From positions 13,456,001-13,520,000 of the forward strand of contig NC_086109.1 in NCBI RefSeq assembly GCF_963921235.1: 64,000 nucleotides of DNA. Direction: 5' to 3'. The translations under genes were made by a program, and so were the position numbers. The notes below the pieces were generated by a model, which was not told the origin of the DNA, made no database searches, and saw only the letters and a program-made list of their open reading frames with translations. Shown one piece after another: positions 1 through 11,069 of this stretch (within the stretch, counting starts at the first letter, position 1; the number at the start of each line of letters is the position of its first letter). The DNA is from Mobula hypostoma. Taxonomy: Eukaryota.

Positions 1-148
1 AATAGGTCTCAGGAAGGAAGAGAAAGCAACAGAGAGTGGGGGTAGGTTGGAGAAATTGGAGAATGATGCAGCTGAAGTTGAATCATGCAACACACGTAAA
101 AGTTGCTGGTGAACGCAGCAGGCCAAGCAGCATCTGTAGGAAGAGGTG

Positions 149-186
149 CAGTCGACATTTCAGGCCAAAACCCTTCGTCAGGACTA
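149..186 (-). ncRNA. Minimal type I hammerhead ribozyme motif in pLTR (ATGT stem III variant)
   Basis: Minus strand TAGTC-CTGACGA-AGGGTTTTGGCCT-GAAA-TG-TC-GACTG. Confidence 0.7.
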
Positions 187-480
187 ACTGAAGGAAGAGT
201 GAGTAAGGGATTTGAAAGTTGGAGGGGGAGGGGGAGATGCAAAATGATAGGAGAAGACAGGAGGGGGAGGGATGGAGCCAAGAGCTGGACAGGTGATAGG
301 CAAAAGGGATACGAGAGGATCATGGGACAGGAGGTCCGGGAAGAAAGACGGGCGGGGGGGGGCACCCAGAGGATGGGCAAGGGGTATAGTCAGAGGGACA
401 GAGGGAGAAAAAGGAGAGTGAGAGAAAGAATGTGTGTATAAAAATAAGTAACAGATGGGATACGAGGGGGAAGTGGGGCA

Positions 481-1584
481 TTAGCGGAAGTTAGAGAAGT
501 CAATGTTCATGCCATCAGGTTGGAGGCTACCCAGACGGAATATAAGGTGTTGTTCCTCCAACCTGAGTGTGGCTTCATCTTTACAGTAGAGGAGGCCGTG
601 GATGGACATGTCAGAATGGGAACGGGATGTGGAATTAAAATGTGTGGCCACTGGGAGATCCTGCTTTCTCTGGCGGACAGAGCGTAGGTGTTCAGCAAAG
701 TGGTCTCCCAGTCTGCGTTGGGTCTTGCCAATATATAAAAGGCCACATCGGGAGCACTGGACGCAGTATATCACCCCAACCGACTCACAGGTGAAGTGTT
801 GCCTCACCTGGAAGGACTGTTTGGGGCCCTGAATGGTGGTAAGGGAGGAAGTGTAAGGGCATGTGTAGCACTTGTTCCGCTTACACGGATAAGTGCCAGG
901 AGGGAGATCAGTGGGGAGGGATGGGGTGGACGAATGGACAAGGGAGTTGCGTAGGGAGCGATCCCTGCGGAATGCAGAGTGGGGGGGAGGGAAAGATGTG
1001 CTTAGTGGTGGGATCCCGTTGGAGGTGGCAGAAGTTACGGAGAATAATACGTTGGACCCGGAGGCTGGTGGGGTGGTAGGTGAGGACCAGGGGAACCCTA
1101 TTCCTAGTGGGGTGGTGGGAGGATGGAGTGAGAGCAGATGTACGTGAAATGGGGGAGATGCGTTTAAGAGCAGAGTTAATAGTGGAGGAAGGGAAGCCTC
1201 TTTCTTTAAAAAAGGAAGACATCTCCCTCGTCCTAGAATGAAAAGCCTCATCCTGAGAGCAGATGCGGCGGAGACGGAGGAATTGCGAGAAGGGAATGGC
1301 GTTTTTGCAAGAGACAGGGTGAGAAGAGGAATAGTCCAGATAGCTGTGAGAGTCAGTAGGCTTATAGTAGACATCAGTGGATAAGCTGTTTCCAGAGACA
1401 GAGACAGAAAGATATAGAAAGGGGAGGGAGGTGTTGGAAATGGACCGGTAAACTTGAGGGCAGGGTGAAAGTTGGAGGCAAAGTTAATTAAGTCAACGAG
1501 CTCTGCATGCGTGCAGGAAGCAGCGCCAATGCAGTCGTCGATGTAGCGAAGGAAAAGTGGGGGACAGATACCAGAATAGGCACG
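481..1584 (-). pseudogene. C-terminal part of Penelope RT/GIY-YIG polyprotein, frameshifted
   Basis: FLRYIDDCIG RT motif; CKRNKCYTC linker; VIYCVQCSRCGLLYIGKT-R-EH GIY-YIG with conserved His and LEEQHLI..L..LQPDGMN end; middle segment lies in another frame (ORF 908-1222). Confidence 0.93.
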
Positions 1585-1875
1585 AATGCCCCACCTCCCC
1601 CTCGTACCCCATCTGTTACTTATTTTTATACACACATTCTTTCTCTCACTCTCCTTTTTCTCCCTCTGTCCCTCTGAATATACCCCTTGCCCATCCTCTG
1701 GGTCCCCCACCCCTCGTCTTTCTTCCCAGACCTCCTGTCCCATGATCCTCTCATATCCCTTTTGCCTATCGCCTGTCCAGCTCTTGGCTCCATCCCTCTC
1801 CCTCCTGTCCTCTCCTATCATTTTGGATCTCCCCCTCCCTCTCTCACTTTTAAATCTACAAGCTCTTCTTTCAGT

Positions 1876-1913
1876 TAGTCCTGACGAAGGGTCTCGGCCT
1901 GAAACGTCGACTG
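1876..1913 (+). ncRNA. Minimal type I hammerhead ribozyme in pLTR; predicted cleavage after C1908
   Basis: TAGTC-CTGACGA-AGGGTCTCGGCCT-GAAA-CG-TC-GACTG: full catalytic core, stem I TAGTC/GACTG, palindromic ACGT in place of stem III. Confidence 0.85.
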
Positions 1914-2614
1914 TACCTCTTCCTAGAGATGCTGCCTGGCCTGCTGCGTTCACCAGCAACTTTTATGTGTGTTGCTTGAATTTCCAGCATCTGCAGAATT
2001 CCTGTTGTTTGAAGTTGAATCATACCTGTTTCAGATTCAAACTGCAGTGTTGGTCGTGAAAATGTGGCTACAATATTTTATGTTACAATACTAGCAGCCA
2101 CGAATGCAGGCTCTGTGTGTGGTTGTAACTGACACGGAAAGGATGTATCCGAAGACCTTGTCAGACCAGATGTCTCATTAAGCAGAATCACGTTGACTCT
2201 CTGACCAGGATAAAGGCTTCACACCATCCAGAAACCAGTTACATATTAAAGCAAGAAAAGAAGGAAAAGTTATTTAAAAGAAAATTGGAATTCTCCTTGG
2301 GTCAGTCAAAAACCTTTAAAATACACTGGTTTTCCAGACTATAGTTATGCTGAAGGCAAAAATTTACCAGAAATGGGGTGTGATCTTGTGTCTACATTTA
2401 TCTATATAAAATCCCAATTCAGCTTGTGCAAATGTACCTTAGTTTAACAAAGCAGTTAGTTATGTGTGATGGTGCTAAGGAAGTAAATTAAAGTGCTGAT
2501 TTAAAAATCTCTTTTAAGTTTTTCTGCTCTCAATTTATTCCAAAGTATAGCGTCCAGTTTGAGACTCACCTACCATAGGGTATATGGGTTTGCTTATACA
2601 TGTCTATACCGATC

Positions 2615-2658
2615 TGTGTGTGTGTGTGTGTGTGTATGTGTATATATATATATATATA
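2615..2658. repeat. (TG)n(TA)n microsatellite
   Basis: Direct reading. Confidence 0.95.
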
Positions 2659-3145
2659 GTACTGTACAAAAGTCTTAGAGAGATATATATAGAGAGCTAG
2701 GCTGCCTAAGACTTTTTGCACAATACTGTATTTGTCAGAGTGGAGGGGAGAGCGAGCTCGCAAATCTGGGGGGAGCAAAGGACGTTGGGAATTGCCAGGG
2801 TGAAGTGCCGCAAGAGATGGCAGAGAAGGAGTGCCAGGGGCAGGACGTGGCATGGGTGCTGACACCCCCAGCCCTGAGACAGCAGGTAAGGTCATTTGAT
2901 TCCACACAATTGGTTTAATGACCATTAGAAAATGACTCTCTGTTGCTTCCTGCTCCCTCTCCTCTCCTTTTCCCTATTCACAAGCATGATTCCCCTCTCT
3001 CTGCCCCTCTTCCCAATCTCAGTCCACAATAGAGACCCATCTCAGAATCAGGTTTATCATCACTCACATATGTCGTGAACTTTTCTTCATGAAAATTACT
3101 ACATTGCTGTGCAAAAGTAGCACCTCAGACATTTGCACAGTACTG
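2657..3145. mobile_element. Tc1/mariner-like MITE
   Basis: Ends AGTACTGTACAAAAGTCT / AGACATTTGCACAGTACTG flanked by TA; homologous copy at 10548-11069. Confidence 0.75.
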
Positions 3146-3604
3146 TAGTAATTTGTCTTGAAAAAAAATTATATATGGATAGAGAGAGAGATAGAGATAT
3201 ATAAATTTCCAGACTCCTTTGATCTGTGCTAACCTTCTCACTTTTGTTATCACTATCAAGGTAACAGCTCCCATGGTGCTGGTGTGGAAAGATATCTTTA
3301 ATTAAATTTGTTTGGCTTTGTGTTGAAGAACTAGTGGTCCAGGAGAATAAGTTAATTTTTCATGGATTCTAAATGACTATGCCTAGCTTCCTGCCATCCG
3401 TGACATTAGAAGTTTTGTGTTCGCCAAGCTGTCAGTACGTGTATTGGCAGCTTTACATGAAGACTGGCCTGAGTGAAATGTAGGTGATTTGTTGCAAAAA
3501 CAAATAGTTCCGTTTAAAAAGTACCTTCATCAACTAGCCAAACAAAATATTAGAAGTCCAAATTAGAGACTGTAGATAGTGTATGGAACAGTAAACACTC
3601 TGCT

Positions 3605-4113
3605 CTTACTTTATACTTTATACTTCACACTTTATTGTCGCCAAATAATTGATACTAAAATGTACGATCATCATAGCGATATTTGATTCTGCGCTTCCCG
3701 CTCCCTAGATTACAAATCGATAGTAAATATTAAAAACTTAAATTATAAATCATAAATAGAAAATAAAAAAATGGGAAGTAAAGTAGTGCAAAAAAACCGA
3801 GATGCAGGTCCGGATATTTGGAGCGTACGGCCCAGATCTGGGTCAGGATCCGTTCAGCAGTCTTATCACAGTTGGAAAAAAGCTGTTCCCAAATCTGGCT
3901 GTACGAGTCTTCAAGCTCCTGAGCCTTCTCCCAGAGGGAAGAGGGACAAAAAGTGTGTTGGCTGGGTGGGTCGTGTCCTTGATTATCCTGGCAGCACTGC
4001 TCTGACAGCATGCGGTGAGTCCAAGGACGGAAGATTGGTTTGTGTGATGAGCTGCACCATGTTCACGATCTTCTGCAGCTTCTTCCTGTCTTGGACAGGA
4101 CAACTTCCATACT
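3605..4113 (-). mobile_element. Rex/Babar-type LINE 3' fragment
   Basis: ORF end AARIIKDTTHPANTLFVPLPSGRRLRSLKTRTARFGNSFFPTVIRLLN; short tandem tail; near-identical to 29634-30363. Confidence 0.85.
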
Positions 4114-4139
4114 CCATCTATATTGCATTCCCAATCTTA

Positions 4140-4800
4140 TTTATGCCATGGATTCATACCATTAAGCAAGGGGTCAACAGACCCTAGATTGTGAGCTCCT
4201 GATCTATAAGATTGGAGTTGGTACCACTGTAGTGGGTGGCATCTCAGATAACAATGAGGAAATAACCACAGGAAGGAGATGGACAGCTGAGTGCCACGGC
4301 ACCATGGCAACAACTTTTCCCTCAACGTCAGCAAAACAAAAGAGCTGGTCATTCACTTCTAGGGGAATGGGAGGCTGGTACATCAATGGTGTTCGTGATG
4401 TCAGGGTTGACAGCATTAAAGACCAAAGAGCTAACTTCACCTGTAGCCCATCCTGGTCCAACCATGTAGACATCATGGCAAAGAAATCCCACCAGTGTCT
4501 CTACTTCTTCAGGAGGCTAAGGAAATTTTACATGTCCCCGTCAACCCTTCCCAGATTTTATTGATGCACTAGAGAAATCATACTACCCAGATACATAAAA
4601 GCATGGTGAGGCAACTGCATTGCATGTGACCACAGGAAACTATTGAGAGATGTGGGCACAGCTCAGCACTTCACAGAAACCAACTTACTCTCTGTGGTTC
4701 TGTCGATACTTCTCACTCCCTCAATAAAGCAACCAACAGAATCAAACACCTTGGCCGTCCTGGATATTCTCTCTTCCGGCCTCTTCCAACATGCAGAATG
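4140..4800 (+). mobile_element. Old Rex/Babar-type LINE fragment
   Basis: Degenerate WSNHVDIMAKKSHQCLYFFRRLRKF...FY motif. Confidence 0.7.
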
Positions 4801-5226
4801 TCAAAAAACCCTTCATGAAAACTGGGAAAGAGAACAAACAAGTGAGGTTTAAGCTACAGAGAGAATAGGCAGGGCAGTAGTTATCCTAGATGAAGTGATC
4901 CTGCTGTTTATAGTGAAGTCTGGTGGATAGAGCATCACCTTGACAAGTTCAGACTGCACAGTCTACAGACATTAATGGAGTCATGGAGACATATGGTACA
5001 GAAAGAGGCCCTTCAATCCTCTGAATCTTTACTTACCATCAGTCACCTATTTATCAAAACCAATCTTCCCCAACCCATATTTTCCACTCTTTCCCATCAA
5101 CTCTCACCCTATGCCCCACTATTTTACCACTTTTGCACATTATTAATTAATCTTCTGCTCACTTTTGGCACATCAGAGGAAACAGCACCTGCAGGTAAGC
5201 CACACAGTCACAGGGAGTAACATACT

Positions 5227-6015
5227 ATAAGAGACCACTTGATGGCCCTGGGCCTGTACTCAGTGGAGTTGTGAAGGATAAGGGAGGATCTCATTGAAAC
5301 CTACTGAATATTGAAAGGTCGAGATAGAGTGGATGTGGAGAGAATGTTTCCAATACTGGGTGACTTGAGGACCAGAGGCACAGAATCCAAGGACATCCCT
5401 TTAGAACAGAGATAGACCATAGGCACCATGGTAGTGTAGCAGTTAGCTCAACACCATTACAGCTCGATACATTGGAGTTCAATCCCAATGTCCTCTGTAT
5501 CTAGGATGATTGGTCATTGTAAATTGTCTCATGATTAGTTTAGGGTTAAATCAGGCATTGCAGGCAGTGTGGCTTGAAGGACTGGAAGGGACTATTCCAT
5601 GCTGTGATTCTGAATAAAAATAAAATTTAAAAAAATAAAAAGTAAGAACATAAAAGATCAAAAGCTACAGCACAGCACTTTCGGCCCATGATGTTGTGTT
5701 GTGCCAACATTTGAACCTACCCTTCCCTTATACATAGACCGCCATTTTCCATCGCTGAGATGAGGAGGAATTTCTTTAGCCAGAGGGTGGAGAATCTGTG
5801 GAATTCATTGCCAATTACAGCTGTCGAGGCCAAGTCATTGGGTATATTTAAAGAGAAGGTCGATAGGTTCTTGATTAGTAATGGTGTCATACATTGCAGA
5901 GAGAAGACAGGAGTATCGGGTTGAGAGGGATAATAAATCAAACGTGATGGAATAGTGGAATACACTCAATGGGCCAAAAGGCCTAATTCTGCTCCTAAGT
6001 TTTTGGTTTTATAGT
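5227..6015 (+). mobile_element. CR1 3' fragment interrupted by SINE and CR1 tail pieces
   Basis: CR1 C-terminal coding remnant and 3' UTR (GGCCAAAAGGCCTAATTCTGCTCC). Confidence 0.7.
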
Positions 6016-6183
6016 CAGGGAAGAATGCACAAACTCTACAAGGACGGCATTAAAAATCCGGAGAGAAACCAATCAATTATTTCCATCATCTTTGATTTCT
6101 GCTCCATTGTTGTTGGTGGAATGGGGAGAAGAGTTCAGCATTCTAATGGGAAAGAAAAGGAACATTTTAGTGACAAAGTGTTA

Positions 6184-6625
6184 CACACAATGTGCTGGAG
6201 GATCTCAGCAGGTAAGGCAGCATCTATGGATGGTAATAATCAGTCAACGTTTCTGGCTGATTCCCTTTATCAGGACTAACGGCAAAGACAAGTTCAGGAA
6301 GGATCCGTGGCTATGATAACAAGTCTGGGTGAGCACTTGGTTGAAAAGTCAGACAGCAGCAGAGATCACAGAGGAGGAGCAGTGAGAGAAGGTCTTGTAG
6401 AACCCCCATCAAAGAGAAGATTTAAACTTTTTAGAGTAAGCATACCTTGAAGAAACTGCGTAGTGAAAAAGTAAATCATAGACAAAAGAGATACTGCAGA
6501 TGCTGGAGTCTTGAGGAAGGGTCTCAGCACAAAACGTCGACAGTTTATTCCCGTCCATAGACGCTGCTGACCTGCTGAGCTCCTCCAGCACTGTGTGCAT
6601 TGCTCCAGATCTCCAGCATCTGCGG
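6184..6625. mobile_element. Two oppositely oriented old pLTR-end relics (6184-6278 minus, ~6481-6625 plus) with decayed hammerheads
   Basis: GCTGGAGGATCTCAGCAGG...CAGTCAACGTTTC...TCAGGACT and GAAGGGTCTCAGCACAAAACGTCGAC...CCAGCATCTGC. Confidence 0.7.
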
Positions 6626-7321
6626 TACCCCTTATGTCAACGTGGAAGTGTTTTTTTGTAACTGGGTCCTCCCCAACCAGGGAGGTTCAAGTACCAGACT
6701 TTTATTTTAACATTGTGCAGAGCTGAGATCTTATCCTTACTGACACTTAGAAATGGACTGTTTTGCCAAGCACATTAGCTTTGTAATTTTACATTGTTCG
6801 GGTGGAAATATTTCTGAAAGAAGAAGCGGAACATACTGTGGGTTCACCTGAGTAATTCCACTGTGGATCTGATGAAGCAGACTGTGCCTGCATTCACAAT
6901 GATATAGAAGAATGAGGAGTCATCTCAGAGATACATACAAAGTTAATCCTTGGCTTGGCAAGGTAAAACTCTGGAATGATATTGTTGTTCATGATCATTA
7001 TCATTAATTAAATAATATTTGCATAGACAGCCTTGAAGTGTACTTGCTTGAATATATTCGCAGCCCAGAGTGCTTTGAAACAGGATTCTATTTTTCCACT
7101 TAAGAGGCCAGCCATTCAGAATGGAGATAAGAAAATCCCCTCACACAGTGAGCGGTGAAGGTTTGAGATTCTGTACCCTGCAAGGCTGTGGAGGCTTAGG
7201 CACTGAATGCATTTAAGACAGAGAAAAATAGACACAGAAACAGAAAATGCTGGTAATGAGTCTTTCACATAAAAGTTGCTGGTGAACACAGCAGGCCAGG
7301 CAGCATCTCTAGGAAGAGGCG

Positions 7322-7359
7322 CAGTCGACATTTCAGGCCAAGACCCTTCGTCAGGACTA
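7322..7359 (-). ncRNA. Minimal hammerhead ribozyme motif (ATGT variant)
   Basis: Minus strand TAGTC-CTGACGA-AGGGTCTTGGCCT-GAAA-TG-TC-GACTG. Confidence 0.7.
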
Positions 7360-7650
7360 ACTGAAGGAAGAGTGAGTAAGGGATTTGAAAGTTGGAGGGG
7401 GAGGGGGAGATCCAAAATGATAGCAGAAGACAGGAGGGGGAGGGATGGAGCCAAGAGCTGGACAGGTGATTGGCAAAAGGGATATGAGAGGATCATGGGA
7501 CAGGAGGTCTGGGAAGAAAGACAATGGGGGGGGACCCAGAGGATGGGCAAGGGGTATATTCAGAGGGACAGAGAGAGAAAAAGGAGAGTGAGAGAAAGAA
7601 TGTGTATATATAAATAAATAACAGATGGGGTACGAGGGGGAGGTGGGGCA

Positions 7651-8105
7651 TTAGTGGAAGTTAGAGAAGTCGATGTTCATGCCATCAGGTTGGAGGCTAC
7701 CCAGACGGAATATAAGGTGTTGTTCCTCCAACCTGAGTTTGGCTTCATCTTTACAGTAGAGGAGGCCGTGGATAGACATGTCAGAATGGGAATGGGATGT
7801 GGAATTAAAATGTGTGGCCACTGGGAGATCCTGCTTTCTCTGGCGGACAGAGCGTAGATGTTCAGCAAAGCGGTCTCCCAGTCTGCGTCGGGTCTCGCCA
7901 ATATATAAAAGGCCACATCGGGAGCACCGGACGCAGTATATCACCCCAGCCGACTCACAGGTGAAGTGTTGCCTCACCTGGAAGGACTGTTTGGGGCCCT
8001 GAATGGTGGTAAGGGAGGAAGTGTAAGGGCATGTGTAGCACTTGTTCCGCTTACACGGATAAGTGCCAGGAGGGAGATCAGTGGGGAGGGATGGGGGGGA
8101 CGAAT
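7651..8105 (-). pseudogene. Penelope GIY-YIG endonuclease domain fragment
   Basis: CKRNKCYTC...VIYCVRCSRCGLLYIGETRRRLGDRFAEH...LQPDGMN. Confidence 0.93.
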
Positions 8106-8546
8106 GACACATCGGGAGCACCGGATGCAGTATATCACCCCAGCCGACCCCTCCTGTCTTCTCCTATCATTTTGGAGGAACAACACCTTATATTCCGTCT
8201 GGGTAGCCTCCAACCTGATGGCATGAACATCAACTTCTCTAAATTCCGCTAATGCCCCACCTCCCCCTCGTACCCCATCTGTTACTTATTTTTATACACA
8301 CATTCTTTCTCTCACTCTCCTTTTTCTCCCTCTGTCCCTCTGAATATAACCCTTGCCCATGCTCTGGGTTCCCCACCCCCCCCCTTGTCTTTCTTCCCGG
8401 ACCTCCTGTCCCATGATCCTCTCGTATCCCTTTTGCCTATCACCTGTCCAGCTCTTGGCTCCATCCCTCCCCCTCCTGTCCTCTCCTATCATTTTGGATC
8501 TCCCCCTCCCCCTCTCACTTTTAAATCTACTAGCTCTTCTTTCAGT

Positions 8547-8584
8547 TAGTCCTGACGAAGGGTCTCGGCCTGAAACGTCGACTG
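8547..8584 (+). ncRNA. Minimal type I hammerhead ribozyme; predicted cleavage after C8579
   Basis: TAGTC-CTGACGA-AGGGTCTCGGCCT-GAAA-CG-TC-GACTG, identical to 1876-1913. Confidence 0.85.
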
Positions 8585-9402
8585 CACCTCTTCCTAGAGA
8601 TGCTGCCTGGCCTGCTGCGTTCACCAGCAACTTTTATGTGTGTTGCTTGAATTTCCAGCATCTGCAGAATTCCTGTTGTAATGAGTCTCTGAAGGGTTTT
8701 GGCATGAATAGTCAACTGTTTATTGATTTCCATAGCTGCTGCCTGACCTGCTGATTTCCTCCAGTATTTTGTGTGTGTTACTTTGAATTTCCAGCATCTG
8801 CAGAATTTCTTGAGTTTATCATTTAAACATTGTCGATAATCTTGTTTCTAGCACGACCTCTGGCAACTCATTCCAAATGCCCACTCTCCTTTTGTGAAAA
8901 TGTTTGCCCTCAAGTTAATTTTAAGTTATTCCCTTACATGCTGAAGTCATGTCCTCAAGTTTTAGATATCCCCTCCCTACAGAAAAGACTTTATCAACAC
9001 CCTTTCTACATCCTTCCTGATCTTATATACTGTACCACTGTAAGGTCACCCCCTCAGCCCTCGGTGTTCCAGAGGGGAAAAAGCCCTAGTCTCTCCAATA
9101 CCACTTTATGACTTAAGTTGTCCAGCCCCAGTAACATCTAGTGAAGTTTATGTGCACTGTTTACACAGAGACAGACAGACTGAGTGGGTGAGCTTTTATC
9201 ACCGCTGTGTCCAGTAGATGAAGCAGGAATGTGAGGAAGAGCTAAGATACAGTCGAGAACCCCAGTCATAACGGTCATGGAAAGGTCATGATGTAAGAAA
9301 AAGGAAAATATCTCCTGGACATCTTGGACTTCAATTGTACTAGATATTATATTCTGGGGTCAAGATCTGGAGCCCCGGATGCAGCTTGCCCTGTGGCCCG
9401 AG

Positions 9403-9404
<2 letters not shown>

Positions 9405-9433
<29 letters not shown>
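9405..9433. repeat. (GT)n microsatellite inside a SINE-like repeat
   Basis: Direct reading. Confidence 0.95.
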
Positions 9434-9437
<4 letters not shown>

Positions 9438-9734
9438 ATTGCACAGGGGTGGGAGGGTGGGAAAGGAAATTGTTTTGTTGCTGTAGTGGTTGTTGTTTGT
9501 ACATTCTGCTGAACATTGTGGGCACGCTGCGTTGACGCCGGAATGTGTGGCGGCATTTGTGGGCTGCCCCCAGCACATCTTTGGGTGTTTTGGTTATTAA
9601 TGCAAATAAACACGTCTCACTGTGTGTTTCAGTGTATCTGTGATAAATAAATCTGAATCTATATATTAAAGGCATCAAGGAATATGGGGGCAGAGCAAAA
9701 CATGGTTCTGAGCTACAAACTATAACCTTACTAC

Positions 9735-10433
9735 GTTCAAAGGTTCAAAGGTCCAATTTAATATCAGAGAAATATATACAATATGTATCCTGAGATACTT
9801 TTTCTTTGCAACCATCCACGTAAACAGAGGACTGCCCCAAAGAATAAATGACAGTTCAATATTAGAAACCCAAAGTACCCCCCCAGCTCCCCTACCTCCC
9901 ATGCGTAAGCGGCAGCAAGCAACAATCCCTCCCCCCACCAGCAAAAAAAGCATCAGCACCCCACCACCAAGCACTCAAGCGTGAGCAAAGCAATAGCAAA
10001 GACACAGACTTGCAGTTAACCCAAAGACTTTGCATTTCACCCAGTATACGACATACCACAGGCTTTCTCTCTCCCTAATAAAGGAGAAGCAGGTGTCACC
10101 ATTTTCCCAGCGAGCAGGGAGCCATAACAAAGAACTTGCTGGTTTACGATGTTAAAAGTCCGTTATGTCGCTTTTTTCAAGCTCTGCGCCTGAAGATCTT
10201 AAAGATCTCGGGTTTCCCGACATACAGCCGTAGATGTTTTGACTGCCCTGATGACACACGGGTCTCCTGCCATGACACCGACCCTCGATCCGCCCATCTC
10301 CAGAGCCCCGAGATCTTAGGCTTCCAAATCCAAGCCAGACTCTTAGGCCGAGCCCTTGGCGTGCCGAATGACGGCCAGTTATGAAACCCCGGGAGCGGGT
10401 CCCATTCGCACAAAGAACCGAAGTCAGCATGTA
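9735..10433 (-). mobile_element. Unclassified interspersed retro-repeat with (TTGAACCT)n-like tail
   Basis: Closely related copy at 46294-46688, weaker ones at ~41200-41420 and ~42216-42480; tandem tail GTTCAAAGGTTCAAAGG. Confidence 0.7.
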
Positions 10434-10547
10434 AGTGATGGAACAGTGAACTGGTAATCAGTTTATTAAGGTCACAGGTACTGAGATACAGTGGAAAGCT
10501 TTTGTTTTTAGGTTATCCGTACAGATCATTCCAAACATATTGAGGTA

Positions 10548-11069
10548 CACTACTGTGCGAGAGTCTTAGGCACATATATATAGCTAGGGTGCCTATGACC
10601 CTTATATAGTACCGTATTTGTCAACGTGGAGCGGAAAGCGAATTGTAAATCTGGTGGGAGCTAAGGATGCTGGGAATGGCCAGGGTGGAGCGCTGCAGGA
10701 GGGGTGTGGGGCAAGTGGTAGAGAAGAAGGGCCAGAGGTGGGGGCAGTGGGGGTGGTAGCATGGGTGCAAACACAACCAGCTCTGAGACACCAGACAAGG
10801 CCATCTGATTCTAAACAGTTGGTTTATTGATCATTACCGGCACTTCCTGTTCCCTCCTCTTTCCCCACTTTCTGCGCACCCCACCCTCCCCATCTCAGTC
10901 CACAACAGAGACCTATAACAGAATCAGGTTTGTCATTACTCACATATGTCATAAATTTGTTTTTCTTTGTGGCGGTGGTAAAGTGCAATACATTAAATTG
11001 CTGCAGTTCTGTGCCAAAGAGTAGGCACCCTAGCTATGTATCTGTGCATTAGACATTTGCCCAGTACTG
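10548..11069. mobile_element. Tc1/mariner-like MITE (second copy)
   Basis: TA-CACTACTGTGCGAGAGTCTTAGG ... AGACATTTGCCCAGTACTG-TA; internal homology to 2657-3145. Confidence 0.75.

Larger units (their letters stand above)
87..2009 (-). mobile_element. Penelope-like element (Neptune-like), 5'-truncated, with inverted pseudo-LTRs (87-480 minus, ~1585-2009 plus)
   Basis: 14-bp TSD TGAAGTTGAATCAT at 73-86 and 2010-2023; ~400-bp arms are reverse complements; RT and GIY-YIG remnant between them. Confidence 0.95.
7264..8677 (-). mobile_element. Penelope-like element with inverted pLTRs and rearranged junction
   Basis: TSD GTAATGAGTCT at 7253-7263 and 8678-8688; minus arm pLTR plus GIY-YIG (7266-8105), plus arm ORF end plus pLTR (~8172-8677). 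Confidence 0.95.

Noticed and set aside
9..441. Recurrent ORFs on both strands of the pLTRs (also 1586-2059, 7116-7617, 8292-8754, 27240-28042, 31493-31981)
   Set aside because: Purine/pyrimidine-skewed repeat sequence is poor in stop codons; the ORFs use non-ATG or variable starts and show no protein motif.
481..1959. 492-aa ORF as an intact gene
   Set aside because: It is chimeric. The N-terminus is antisense pLTR read through the inversion junction, and the middle is out of frame between two compensating frameshifts.
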